Assembly (NCBI GenBank): GCA_045597865.1
Contig: JAZLKX010000025.1
Span: 274,573 to 338,572 of the forward strand
Direction of reading: 5' to 3'
Length of the DNA: 64,000 nucleotides
DNA from: Bacilli bacterium
Lineage (GTDB): Bacteria; Bacillota_I; Bacilli_A; RFN20; CAG-826
Both the position numbers and the translations under genes were made by a program. Every line of letters begins with the position of its first letter. The first letter of the stretch is position 1. Positions 27,099 through 36,834 of the stretch are shown piece after piece. The notes below the pieces were generated by a model. It worked only from the letters and a program-made list of their open reading frames with translations, made no database searches and had not been told where the DNA came from.

Positions 27099-27743
27099 CT
27101 AGATATTATTCAAATAAGTATTGTACTTCTTCTCTCTATCCAAATCTGTTAAAGCGCCGTGTCCTGGATAGACTTTAACTCCATCAGGAAGGTCTTTAAG
27201 TTTTTTAAGAGATGATTCAACAGTTCTTTGAGAACCTGTTGGTAAATCTGTACGACCTATGGTCGTAAAGAATAAAGTATCTCCAGTGAAAAGAATTTTT
27301 TCATTTTCGATATAGTAGCAGCAACTTCCTTTCGTATGAAATGGAGTTGCAATTACTTTAATATCAAATCCGGCGACATTTATAATGTCACCATCATCCA
27401 AAAGTTTTACCTTTTTAGGCATGAAAGATAGCGGAACTATATCATATTCACCCCAATTTACATCAGTTAAATTTAAACTTGGATCAGTTAAAAATTCAAT
27501 TTCATCCCTTAAAATGTAAACTTTTGCATGCTTATAGATGTCTAAAACATCTTTTAAAGCATAAATATGGTCATAATGACCATGAGTAATAAATATTGCT
27601 TTAATATCTTTATTTAATTTTTTGATATGGTCGATAAGTCCGTTATTCAAAGAATAACCTGGATCGACTAAAAAAGCTTCATCATTTTCGTTATACATGA
27701 TGTAGCAGTTACAAGCTACTCTACTATAATAAATATCGACCAT
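27099..27743 (-). CDS. MBL-fold metallo-hydrolase (YqgX/glyoxalase II-like)
   Basis: ITHGHYDH zinc motif and later H/D ligands. ATG 27743 preferred over the TTG at 27749. Confidence 0.75.
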   Translation of the reverse strand: MVDIYYSRVACNCYIMYNENDEAFLVDPGYSLNNGLIDHIKKLNKDIKAIFITHGHYDHIYALKDVLDIYKHAKVYILRDEIEFLTDPSLNLTDVNWGEYDIVPLSFMPKKVKLLDDGDIINVAGFDIKVIATPFHTKGSCCYYIENEKILFTGDTLFFTTIGRTDLPTGSQRTVESSLKKLKDLPDGVKVYPGHGALTDLDREKKYNTYLNNI

Positions 27744-27768
27744 AATCAAAAAAATAAGGATATAATCC

Positions 27769-27921
27769 TTACTTTTTCTCCTTGTGCACTGTGTGCTTTT
27801 TGCATTTCCAGCAGTATTTCTTGGTTTCTAATCTGTCCGGATGCTCTTTTTTATTTTTGTTTGTGATGTAGTTTTCTTCACCACAGACTGTGCACTTAAG
27901 TGTAATATTATCTCTTGGCAT
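27769..27921 (-). CDS. rpmG: 50S ribosomal protein L33 (zinc-ribbon type)
   Basis: Hand-translated 50 aa [50 protein letters not shown] with SD GGAG 8 nt upstream. Below the ORF-track size cutoff. Confidence 0.9.
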   Translation of the reverse strand: MPRDNITLKCTVCGEENYITNKNKKEHPDRLETKKYCWKCKKHTVHKEKK

Positions 27922-27996
27922 AGGTTTATCTCCTTTGCAATTTGCTCAAAAATAATAGCACAAAGAATAAAATATATCTACAAGATATTTAATCTT

Positions 27997-28005
27997 TGTT
28001 ATAAT
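27997..28005 (+). promoter_or_regulatory. Extended -10 box TGTTATAAT, 6 nt upstream of the ispG ATG
   Basis: TGtTATAAT-ctacat-ATG(28012) with no SD. Confidence 0.5.
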
Positions 28006-28011
28006 CTACAT

Positions 28012-29070
28012 ATGAAATCTATGCCAAGAGTTAATACTAAAAGCATTAAAATCAGTAATATTACCATTGGTGGATCAAATAAAGTTTTGATTCAATCCAT
28101 GTGTAATATTAAAACATCAAACGTTGATGCTGTTGTTAAACAAATAAACGAATGCGCCTTATTAGGCGCAGATTTAATGCGTGTCTCAGTTTTAGACATG
28201 GATGACGCTAAAGCAATCAAGGAAATTGTTAAACAAATTTCCGTTCCACTTATCGCCGATATTCACTTCGATTACAGGCTTGCAATCGAATCCATAAATT
28301 CAGGTGTAAACGCAATTAGACTGAATCCAGGAAATATCGGCAGCCCAGATAATGTCAAAAAAGTCGTTGATTTGTGTAAAGAAAAACACATTCCAATTAG
28401 AATTGGAGTTAACTCTGGTTCTATCGATAAAGAAGTCAATAATGACACTCAAATTGTCAAGGCTAAGGAATTAGTTGAATCTGCTGCAAAAACAGTTAAG
28501 ATGCTCGAAAAAATGGGATTTTATGACATAGTCATATCTCTCAAAGGTTCACATGTCTTAGAAACTGTTGAAGCTTATAGACTTGCATCCAAAAAATTCA
28601 AATATCCACTCCATTTAGGAATCACTGAAGCTGGTCCAAAAGATATCGGAATGATTAGATCCACCGCTGGACTTGCACCAATCTTACTTGAAGGTATTGG
28701 AGACACAATCAGAATTTCACTTTCTGATGAACCACAAGAAGAAGTTAGAGCTTGCAGAAGACTTCTTAAAGATTTAGAAATTAGAAATGATTACCCTACT
28801 TTAATTTCTTGTCCAACATGCGGAAGAACTCAAGTTAATTTAGTTCCACTTGCAAAGCAAGTGTTAAAGTTCCTAGAAGATAACAAGATCAACAAAACTG
28901 TTGCTGTTATGGGTTGTATTGTTAATGGACCAGGCGAAGCTAAACGTGCAGACATTGGATGCGCAGGCGGCAAAGGCCAATGGGTCATCTTCAAAAAAGA
29001 AGAAATTATAAAAACAGTCCCTGAAGATAAAATCTTCGAAGAACTGTGTAACGAAATCAAAAAGTTATAA
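28012..29070 (+). CDS. ispG: 4-hydroxy-3-methylbut-2-en-1-yl diphosphate synthase (IspG/GcpE)
   Basis: Conserved sequence starts at MKSMPRVNTKSIKI. ADIHFDYRLA motif and C-terminal CPTCGRT...GCIVNGPGE Fe-S cysteines. The track's 27841 start overlaps rpmG on the opposite strand. Confidence 0.9.
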   Translation: MKSMPRVNTKSIKISNITIGGSNKVLIQSMCNIKTSNVDAVVKQINECALLGADLMRVSVLDMDDAKAIKEIVKQISVPLIADIHFDYRLAIESINSGVNAIRLNPGNIGSPDNVKKVVDLCKEKHIPIRIGVNSGSIDKEVNNDTQIVKAKELVESAAKTVKMLEKMGFYDIVISLKGSHVLETVEAYRLASKKFKYPLHLGITEAGPKDIGMIRSTAGLAPILLEGIGDTIRISLSDEPQEEVRACRRLLKDLEIRNDYPTLISCPTCGRTQVNLVPLAKQVLKFLEDNKINKTVAVMGCIVNGPGEAKRADIGCAGGKGQWVIFKKEEIIKTVPEDKIFEELCNEIKKL

Positions 29071-29096
29071 AAAAAGAGAGATTAATCTCTCTTTTA
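29071..29096. terminator. Bidirectional terminator between ispG and nfo
   Basis: AGAGAGAT-TA-ATCTCTCT perfect hairpin flanked by an A-run and a T-run. Confidence 0.6.
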
Positions 29097-29969
29097 TTTT
29101 CTCCAATCATTGAACTTGCTTGCCTTGAACATGGCAATTTCTTCTTTATACGGAGCTTGGTCATTAACATAAGGAGTTTCAAGAATTTTTGGAACTCCAG
29201 GAATTCTTGGATTATGGACCACCGCATTTAATGCATCAAATCCAATAAAACCATAACCAATGTTTTCATGTCTGTCTTTGTGAGCTCCAACATCATTCTT
29301 AGAATCATTAACGTGAATGACATAAAGCTTGTCTAATCCCACAGTTTTTTCAACATTGTCTAAGATGCTATCAAAATTATGAATATCATAATTATTGTCA
29401 CTAACGTGACAAGTATCAAGACAAATTCCAACTCTTTCTGGATGTTTTACCTTTGAAATAATTTCAGCCATTTGCTCGAAACTTGTACCCATTTCAGAGC
29501 CTTTTCCAGCCATTGTTTCAAGTGCAATTCTAACGTCAGTTCCATCTTTATCAAGAACTTCATCCAGTGCTTTTACAATTGAGTCAATTCCGTTTTCTAC
29601 ACCTGTATTTACGTGGCTGCCTGGGTGCAAAACTAATGTCTTACAACCGAATGCTGCGGTTCTCTTAACTTCGTTAAGAAGAACTGATTTAGCCATTCCA
29701 TAATTAACTTCGTTTAATTGATTTGCGATGTTAATAATGTATGGAGCATGAACAATAATTTTATCTTCATTAAAGCCATTTGCTCTTAATAGAGCACGGC
29801 CTTCTTCAATCATAAGTTTTTCAAGTGGAAGTCTAAATGAATTTTGTGGAGCACCTGTATAAAACATTAAAGTGTTCGCTCCATAAGAGATAGCTTCTTC
29901 AACTGAACCTAAATAATATTTAGGTGAGGACATTGAAACATGTGATCCAATATAAAGTTCTTTATCCAT
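29094..29969 (-). CDS. nfo: Endonuclease IV (deoxyribonuclease IV)
   Basis: GSHVS, HAPY, HPGSH, LETMAGKG and HVNDS metal-site motifs. ATG 29969 (MDKELYIGSHV) has SD GGGAGAA and overlaps the cshB stop by 8 nt. Confidence 0.9.
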   Translation of the reverse strand: MDKELYIGSHVSMSSPKYYLGSVEEAISYGANTLMFYTGAPQNSFRLPLEKLMIEEGRALLRANGFNEDKIIVHAPYIINIANQLNEVNYGMAKSVLLNEVKRTAAFGCKTLVLHPGSHVNTGVENGIDSIVKALDEVLDKDGTDVRIALETMAGKGSEMGTSFEQMAEIISKVKHPERVGICLDTCHVSDNNYDIHNFDSILDNVEKTVGLDKLYVIHVNDSKNDVGAHKDRHENIGYGFIGFDALNAVVHNPRIPGVPKILETPYVNDQAPYKEEIAMFKASKFNDWRK

Positions 29970-31311
29970 TTTGGTTCTCCCTCTTATAACGTTCAACTCG
30001 TTGACGTCTTATGTCTTTACGAATGATTTCGCGTCTATGTTTTTGCTTTGCTTTTGCAATAGCTTCTTTTTGTTTTTTCTTGTAGCCAGGTTTAACCTTT
30101 TTGTTACGTCCACCTTGCGCTTTAATTTTGCTAATTTCCTTTTGAAGTTCCTCGTCAACTTTTCTCTTGTTTGGATGAGTTTTTTCAATTGGGTGTCCTG
30201 GTGCCAATTCACTATCTTTAAGTATTAAATACTTAAATTGAACGCCATTTTTAACTAATGCAAGTGGTTTTGCGGTCTTATCATTGTTGTAGAATGTGTA
30301 GCAATTTCCAGACTTGTTAAAACGTCCAGTTCTACCCGCTCTATGGTAATAAAATTCAAGGTTGTTTGGTAGATCAACATTAATGACATCTGTAACATCT
30401 GGAATATCTAAACCACGAGCAGCCATATCAGAGCAAACTAAAATATAAATCTCATCATTTTTAACTTGTCTCAAGACAGATTTTCTTTCTCTAGCATTTA
30501 AATCACCAGTTAATAAACCAGCTTTATATTTCTTTGCTCTAAGAGCAGCATAAATCTCGTTTGCAGTTTCTTTTTTAGATGCAAAAACAAGCAAAAGATA
30601 AGGTTTAATTATATCAATAATGTTTTCTAATGATGTTACAACATCATTGTGTCTAATATCAACCAAATAATGAGTTACTTTTGAAGCAGTCATTGTTTCT
30701 TCGTTAATAACTGGAACATTTGGTCCAATATACTTTTCAAGTTCGTGTGCTAAATTACTTTCGAGGGTTGCTGAATAAACTAAAAATCTTGGTTTATTTG
30801 TTTTATCAACAACTTTATCAATTTCTCCAAAGAAGCCTTCTCTTAAAAGCATATCAGCTTCATCTAATACAATAGTATTAACAAATCTTAATGATAAGTT
30901 TTTGCCTAAAATATCTGCAAGTCTTCCAGGAGTTCCAATAATAATGTGAGGAGGAACAGATAAACCTTTTTCGGTTTCTTCTCTTTCAACTCCAGACTTA
31001 AATAATTTAATTTTTAAACCTGGGAATTCTTGCATGAACGGAACTGCAAAGTCATAAATTTGTTTTGCGAGTTCTCTTGTAGGTGCAATGATAATTGATT
31101 GAACATTTTGATTTTTTAAATCAATTTGGTCAATAATTGGAATTAAAAAGCATAAAGTTTTACCAGTTCCTGTAGCACTTTGAACCATTAAAGTTTCACC
31201 TTTAAGTGCTTTAGGAATTGCTCTTAGTTGAATCTCTGAAGGCTCACTAAAACCTTGTCTATTTAGAGACTTGATCATTGATTCAGATAAATTAATTGCT
31301 TTAAACGACAT
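29962..31311 (-). CDS. cshB: DEAD-box ATP-dependent RNA helicase with a basic C-terminal tail
   Basis: SATGTGKT, PTRELA, DEAD (VLDEADML), SAT and HRAGRTGR motifs. The ispH/cshB/nfo neighbourhood matches B. subtilis yqfP-yqfR-yqfS. Confidence 0.85.
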   Translation of the reverse strand: MSFKAINLSESMIKSLNRQGFSEPSEIQLRAIPKALKGETLMVQSATGTGKTLCFLIPIIDQIDLKNQNVQSIIIAPTRELAKQIYDFAVPFMQEFPGLKIKLFKSGVEREETEKGLSVPPHIIIGTPGRLADILGKNLSLRFVNTIVLDEADMLLREGFFGEIDKVVDKTNKPRFLVYSATLESNLAHELEKYIGPNVPVINEETMTASKVTHYLVDIRHNDVVTSLENIIDIIKPYLLLVFASKKETANEIYAALRAKKYKAGLLTGDLNARERKSVLRQVKNDEIYILVCSDMAARGLDIPDVTDVINVDLPNNLEFYYHRAGRTGRFNKSGNCYTFYNNDKTAKPLALVKNGVQFKYLILKDSELAPGHPIEKTHPNKRKVDEELQKEISKIKAQGGRNKKVKPGYKKKQKEAIAKAKQKHRREIIRKDIRRQRVERYKRENQNG

Positions 31312-31352
31312 AATTTTTCCCGCGCTTTATTATACACGTAAAATTATAAATG

Positions 31353-31361
31353 TGCTATTAT
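31353..31361 (+). promoter_or_regulatory. Extended -10 box TGCTATTAT, 7 nt upstream of the ispH ATG
   Basis: TGcTATTAT-agaaacc-ATG(31369) with no SD. Confidence 0.5.
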
Positions 31362-31368
31362 AGAAACC

Positions 31369-32232
31369 ATGAGAGTTACTGTTTTAGAACCTTCAGGTTA
31401 CTGTGCAGGCGTTGATCTTGCTATAAACTTAGCAATCAAAACAAAAGAAGAAAACAAGTCAAAAAACGTTGTTGTTTTAGGTATGCTTGTCCATAACCAA
31501 GACTCCTTAAAAACTCTCGAAAAACACGGAATAAAGACCATTTATAAAGAAAATTCGTCTTTAGACGAACTGATTGATGAAATTAAAGAACCTTCAATAG
31601 TCATTTTGACTGCTCATGGTCACTCTAAAAGTATTGAAAATAAACTTCTAAAAAACGGCCACCAAATCGTAGATACAACCTGCCCATTTGTTAAAAAATC
31701 AATGGAAGAAATTTCTAATGAATTAGCTAACAACAACTCTGTTTTCTATATTGGTGTTAAAAACCATCCTGAAGCAAACGCGGCACTTTCATTAGGGGAA
31801 AAAGTTTATTTAATCGACTTTAAAAGTCCGATTATTCCTTTAGTAAATTCCGATTCACCTTTGGTGATTTGTCAAACAACACTCTCAGAATCTGAAATTA
31901 GCGGAGCAATTTCTCTCATAAAAAATAAATACAAAAATGCTAAATTTATTAAAGGAATTTGCAATGCCTCAACCCTTAGACAAACTGCTATCTTATCATT
32001 AGATAACACTGTTGATATGATTTATGTTGTTGGTGGAGCTAATTCAAACAACTCAAAAACATTATTTAATTTAGCAAAGTCCCACTACCCAAATATCAAA
32101 GTTCAATTAATTCAAAATGTTGATGATATAAAAGAAAAAGACCTTATAGGTCTTTCTCATATAGCAATTTCTTCAGGAGCATCAACTCCAAAGGAAATTA
32201 TTGAACAAATCAAAAATAAATTACTTAATTAA
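31369..32232 (+). CDS. ispH: 4-hydroxy-3-methylbut-2-enyl diphosphate reductase (IspH/LytB)
   Basis: 287 aa with three conserved Cys contexts (GYCAGV, TCPFV, CNAS) and TAHGHS. Confidence 0.9.
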   Translation: MRVTVLEPSGYCAGVDLAINLAIKTKEENKSKNVVVLGMLVHNQDSLKTLEKHGIKTIYKENSSLDELIDEIKEPSIVILTAHGHSKSIENKLLKNGHQIVDTTCPFVKKSMEEISNELANNNSVFYIGVKNHPEANAALSLGEKVYLIDFKSPIIPLVNSDSPLVICQTTLSESEISGAISLIKNKYKNAKFIKGICNASTLRQTAILSLDNTVDMIYVVGGANSNNSKTLFNLAKSHYPNIKVQLIQNVDDIKEKDLIGLSHIAISSGASTPKEIIEQIKNKLLN

Positions 32233-33003
32233 TTCTGGAAGTTCTTCATGATCGACAATTTCAACATTTAATGTTGGATCGATACGTTGAAGAATTTTTT
32301 TCATAGTTGGCATAAAGATTCTTTCAATTTCATGAGAACAATCCAAGAAATTATAATGATTAGAGATTACGTCCCTTCTTGCATGATGTGGAATGTCGCC
32401 CGAAATGTAAATATCATAGCCTTCTTTTTGAGCAAGTGGAAATTCTCTAGAACCACCGCCACCTATAATTGCAACACTCTTAATTGTCTTTGTGCCAGCA
32501 GAAATCAAGTGGGAATAGCTTAATCCTAAGCATTTATTTGCATACAATGCAAACTCATGGATTTCCATTGGCTCTCTCAACTCTCCACCGCGCGCCATTG
32601 CACATTTTTCAAGTGGACGAATATTTTTAAGTTTTAAGGCATTTGCCAATGCGTCATTCATACCACCTTTTCCTGTATCAAAGTTTGTGTGCATTGAATA
32701 AACAGGAACGCCTAATTTGTCAATTTCCTCACAAACAAAACGTTTTGCATCATTATGCATTAAAACTTTCTTTCTTGGACCATAAATAAATGGGTGATGA
32801 GTTAAAATAACATCAGGTTTTTTATCCATTTTCTTAACAAAGTTAAGAACTGTTTCGTCAAAATCTAAACAAAGTAAAATCGACTTAATGTCATCTGGGA
32901 GTCTTCCGGTCATTAAACCGACTCTATCTCCGCGGCTTTTAATTGTTTTAGGAAATTGTTTAGATAATTTTCTAAAAAGTTTAATTTTGTCCATAAGATT
33001 CAA
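32221..33003 (-). CDS. Nif3-family dinuclear metal-centre protein (YqfO / GTP cyclohydrolase I type 2 homologue)
   Basis: 260 aa with ILTHHPF and later H/E ligands, downstream of trmK as in Bacillus. Its 3' end overlaps the ispH 3' end by 12 nt (convergent). Confidence 0.85.
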   Translation of the reverse strand: MNLMDKIKLFRKLSKQFPKTIKSRGDRVGLMTGRLPDDIKSILLCLDFDETVLNFVKKMDKKPDVILTHHPFIYGPRKKVLMHNDAKRFVCEEIDKLGVPVYSMHTNFDTGKGGMNDALANALKLKNIRPLEKCAMARGGELREPMEIHEFALYANKCLGLSYSHLISAGTKTIKSVAIIGGGGSREFPLAQKEGYDIYISGDIPHHARRDVISNHYNFLDCSHEIERIFMPTMKKILQRIDPTLNVEIVDHEELPELIK

Positions 33004-33646
33004 ATCTCCTTATTTCTTCATCAATTAACTTAGAATCTTCAAAATGTTTTTTGCTTTTCATAAGATTTTTCTTAATTGTCAAAAGCTTAGAAATTGTTCG
33101 TTTTTTATAACCTTCAAATAAAGGATCTAAAAACAAATTATAGCCATATTCAATTTGTTCGGATGTATAATTTATCTTATTCTCATTTCTTATAAAAGAA
33201 ATGATATTATAATAATGATTTCTCTCAAACACTAATTTTTCGCATTCAATATTAAATCCGAAACCAATGATAGCTTCTCTTACTTTTGGAATAAATGAGT
33301 GAGCATCAACAATTATTTTTTTAACATTTTTTAATTTGTTTTTATTTCTTGAAATAATTTCAATAATTGTATCTCCGCCCATTCCAGCTAAAACGATTGT
33401 ATCGTATTCAGAAGTGACTTGATTTAAACCATCACTATGAGAAACATCAACATTTTTCAAACAACAAACTGCAGAACGTAAAGCAGACAATGGCCCCTCT
33501 TTATTTTCAACAGCTAAAATATGATAGTTCTCTAAATGAAGAACAAAGTATTGCTCTAAAAGACCATGATCGGCTCCAATATCTGCGATATATGAACCAT
33601 CAGGTATCAAATCTCCAATTACTTGTAATCGTTTTGGAATTTGCAT
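32981..33646 (-). CDS. trmK: tRNA (adenine22-N1)-methyltransferase TrmK (YqfN)
   Basis: 221 aa with SAM motif IADIGADHG and LAGMGG, immediately downstream of rpoD. Confidence 0.8.
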   Translation of the reverse strand: MQIPKRLQVIGDLIPDGSYIADIGADHGLLEQYFVLHLENYHILAVENKEGPLSALRSAVCCLKNVDVSHSDGLNQVTSEYDTIVLAGMGGDTIIEIISRNKNKLKNVKKIIVDAHSFIPKVREAIIGFGFNIECEKLVFERNHYYNIISFIRNENKINYTSEQIEYGYNLFLDPLFEGYKKRTISKLLTIKKNLMKSKKHFEDSKLIDEEIRRFESYGQN

Positions 33647-34989
33647 TAGTTTTTAACTTCTCTATAGTCACCTAAACGAGAAACACGTTTACGTGATCTT
33701 AATTTTTTAATAGCTTTTGCTTCAATTTGACGAATACGTTCACGAGTAACACCAAATTCTTTACCAACTTCTTCAAGTGTTCTTGGGTGATTATCAAGTA
33801 ATCCGTAACGGAGTTCAAGAACTCTAGCTTCACGATCTGTTAACTCTTTCATAACATCATAAAGTTCATCTTTAAGAAGTGATTTTGTAGTATATTCACT
33901 TGGTGATTCAACTTCCTTATCTTCAAGGAAATCGCCTAAGTGTGAATCATCCTCTTCACCAATAGGAGTCTCTAAAGAGACTGGTTCTTGGTTAATACGT
34001 TGAATTTCTCTAATACGAGCAGCACTTAAAGATCCTTCTAACTTATCGGAAATTTCTTCTGCAGTTGGATCTCTGCCTAACTCTTGGACAAGTTGACGTT
34101 GTGCTCTTGTAATTTTATTAATTGTTTCAACCATGTGAACTGGAATACGGATTGTACGAGCTTGGTCTGCGATTGCACGTGTGATTGCTTGTCTAATCCA
34201 CCATGTTGCATAAGTTGAAAACTTAAATCCTTTTGTATAATCGAATTTTTCAACAGCTTTAATTAAGCCCATGTTACCTTCTTGAATTAAATCAAGGAAT
34301 GGCATGCCGCGGCCTGCATAACGTTTTGCAATAGAAATAACTAAACGTAAGTTTGCATTAATTAAATCTTGTTTTGCATCGTCATCGCCAGCAACAATAC
34401 GCTTTGCTAGTTCAATTTCTTGTTGAGCATTTAAAAGAGGAACTTTTCCGATTTCTTTAAGATAAATCTTAACAGAGTCATTAACTTTGACATCACCAAC
34501 AACTAATTTGGAAATATCTTGAAGTTCTTTTTCATCAGGAACATCGCCCTCATCAAGATCCATAGCTGCTTCGTCTTCATCAAATTCTAGTTCTTCTAAA
34601 CCTTCCTCATCAGAATCGGAAATAACATTAATTTTATTGGATCTAAAAAATTCGATAAGACCAGCAACATCTTCATCAGATAAATCTAAAAATGAAACTG
34701 CTTCATCAATTTCGGCTTGTTCAATTTCGCCACCATCAGCTTTCGCTTTTTTAAGTAAGCGTTTCTTAATGGAGTCTAAAGACTCGACTGCTTCATCACC
34801 ATCAATTTCATCAATATCATCTTTTGCTTTTGAAACTTTCTTTGTTGGTTTCTTTGCAGCTGGTTTTTCTTTCTTAGCGGCTGGTTTAACTGCTTTTGCT
34901 GCAGGTTTAGCGGCCTTTGCAACTTTTTTAGCAGCTGGTTTTGCTGCTTTTGGAGCCTTCTTTTCCTTCTTTTCTACTTCCTTAGCCAT
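33646..34989 (-). CDS. rpoD: Primary RNA polymerase sigma factor (SigA/RpoD) with a Lys/Ala/Pro-rich N-terminal extension
   Basis: 447 aa with regions 1.2-4.2 ([51 protein letters not shown]). dnaG-rpoD operon. Confidence 0.95.
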   Translation of the reverse strand: MAKEVEKKEKKAPKAAKPAAKKVAKAAKPAAKAVKPAAKKEKPAAKKPTKKVSKAKDDIDEIDGDEAVESLDSIKKRLLKKAKADGGEIEQAEIDEAVSFLDLSDEDVAGLIEFFRSNKINVISDSDEEGLEELEFDEDEAAMDLDEGDVPDEKELQDISKLVVGDVKVNDSVKIYLKEIGKVPLLNAQQEIELAKRIVAGDDDAKQDLINANLRLVISIAKRYAGRGMPFLDLIQEGNMGLIKAVEKFDYTKGFKFSTYATWWIRQAITRAIADQARTIRIPVHMVETINKITRAQRQLVQELGRDPTAEEISDKLEGSLSAARIREIQRINQEPVSLETPIGEEDDSHLGDFLEDKEVESPSEYTTKSLLKDELYDVMKELTDREARVLELRYGLLDNHPRTLEEVGKEFGVTRERIRQIEAKAIKKLRSRKRVSRLGDYREVKN

Positions 34990-35016
34990 TTAATCGTCCT
35001 CCTTCAATTTGACGTC

Positions 35017-36825
35017 TTAATTGTTCTTTTTCTTTGAAAGATAGTCCGCAATAATTTTTGCTCTTTCTTCAGGAGTTAATCCTTCAAGAGCATCGCTGAC
35101 TTTCTTTTTCTCGTATAAACGAGTTCTTTCTTCATTTATTACTTTAGAGATCTCCTCTAAAGAATTTTTCGATAATTTAACTTTGCTTTCATTGCTTGTA
35201 ATGGCACTAACAGTGGAAATAACCTTCTCTTTATTTTTAACTTCACTTAGTTCCATTTCAGTAATTAAAGAACTTGGATCAATTTCACCATTTGTTTTAA
35301 CTTGTTCAATCAAGAAATTTGCAATCGAACGATAAATTTCATCAGTGAAATATTTAATGTTTGTTTCATAAAAAGCAATTGCTTCTTTTGATTCAAACAT
35401 CATGTCGAGCATTGTTCTTTCAGCAAGAGTTAGTCTTCTAACATCTTTTGAAACTGACTTTAAGTCAGTTGTAGAACCAAAATCAGCATTAACATTTAAT
35501 ACTGAATCATTATTGCTACCACGTTTTGACATAAAGTCACGCAAATAATTGTTTATTGCGCCACTTGAGAATCCAGTTGCATCAGCGAGTTTGTAAATAT
35601 AATCATCGCGAACGAGTTTTTCTCTTATAGATGCAATCATTGGCATAAAGTGTTTAATTACTTTCTTCTTGTCATCAATTGTTCCTAATGGAGATGTGTT
35701 TTTGTAATAATTTAATGCGAATTGGAATGGATCCACTAAGGTGTTTACAAATTTTTGAAGCGTTTCTTCACCATCTTGTTTTAAGATTTCATCAGGATCA
35801 CGAATTTCTCCTGGAAGCGAAACTAAACGATATGGAAGATGAGCCTCATCAAGTTGAGACATAAGTTTCATCATTGCTGTTTGTCCTGGTTTATCACCAT
35901 CAAGACAAACTCTAACTTCAACTCCAAGTCTTCTAATTAATTCAATATGTTGTTTTGTAAGTTTTGTAGACATCAATGCTACACAAGATGTAATTCCAAT
36001 GGAATCAAGTGCAAAAACATCCATAAAACCTTCAACTACATAAATGTAGCCATCATGTTTTGCAGTTTGTTTTGCTTGCCAGTAATTATATAAAATATTA
36101 CCTTTGGTAAAAATTACAGTTTCTGGCGAATTTACATACTTTGGTGCGTCAGGATCTTCTACAATTTTACGGGCTGAGAAACCACATACTTGACCATTTG
36201 CATCTTTGATTGGGAAGATTAATCTTCCTTGGTTGTTATCACACATTCCTGAGGTTTGTGCTAGAGCAATACCTGTGTTCTCAATATTCTTTAAAGAGAA
36301 GCCTTTTGCTTTCAAATATTCAATGGTCATCTTTCCATCTTTTAAGGCATAGCCTAAACCAAATTTCTTTGCTTGTGCATCAGAAAGATGACGTTTTGCA
36401 AGATAATCTCTAGCGACTTGTCCTTCTTCTGTTGCTAAAGCATAGACGTAATATTTTTGAAGCTCATTAATGCAGTTATAAACTGGAATTAAATTTTCAT
36501 CAACCTTTGGTTGATATGTTTGCTTGTGAAGTCTTGGGTCATCGAACCCAATAATGTCACAAACTTTTAAAATTGCATCGTTAAAACTGCATTTTTCATA
36601 TTCTTTTACAAACTCAATTACATCACCGCCGGTTTGGCAAACGAAACAATGGAAAGTTTGTTTATCTTTGCTGATTTGCATTGATGGATCGTGGTCATCG
36701 TGAAAAGGACAAACAGCCACATAGCCTTTGCCTTTCTTTTGAACACTCGGAAGATAATATGAAATAACGTCGACTATGTCGGCACGTTGTTTTATTTCCT
36801 TAATTAAATCTGCATCAAATGCCAT
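35017..36825 (-). CDS. dnaG: DNA primase
   Basis: 602 aa with zinc finger CPFHDDHDPSMQIS...FHCFVCQTGGD and Toprim (EGFMD, DGDKPG). Confidence 0.95.
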   Translation of the reverse strand: MAFDADLIKEIKQRADIVDVISYYLPSVQKKGKGYVAVCPFHDDHDPSMQISKDKQTFHCFVCQTGGDVIEFVKEYEKCSFNDAILKVCDIIGFDDPRLHKQTYQPKVDENLIPVYNCINELQKYYVYALATEEGQVARDYLAKRHLSDAQAKKFGLGYALKDGKMTIEYLKAKGFSLKNIENTGIALAQTSGMCDNNQGRLIFPIKDANGQVCGFSARKIVEDPDAPKYVNSPETVIFTKGNILYNYWQAKQTAKHDGYIYVVEGFMDVFALDSIGITSCVALMSTKLTKQHIELIRRLGVEVRVCLDGDKPGQTAMMKLMSQLDEAHLPYRLVSLPGEIRDPDEILKQDGEETLQKFVNTLVDPFQFALNYYKNTSPLGTIDDKKKVIKHFMPMIASIREKLVRDDYIYKLADATGFSSGAINNYLRDFMSKRGSNNDSVLNVNADFGSTTDLKSVSKDVRRLTLAERTMLDMMFESKEAIAFYETNIKYFTDEIYRSIANFLIEQVKTNGEIDPSSLITEMELSEVKNKEKVISTVSAITSNESKVKLSKNSLEEISKVINEERTRLYEKKKVSDALEGLTPEERAKIIADYLSKKKNN

Positions 36826-36834
36826 ATAACAAAG

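Noticed and set aside
27841-28011. N-terminal 57 codons of the track ORF for ispG
   Set aside because: This stretch is the reverse complement of rpmG (L33) and its SD. Conserved IspG sequence begins only at ATG 28012.
34637-34993. 118-aa ORF antisense to the 5' end of rpoD
   Set aside because: Produced by the reverse complement of the Lys/Ala/Asp-Glu low-complexity coding repeats of rpoD. The translation is repetitive Ala/Phe/Ser and there are no expression signals.
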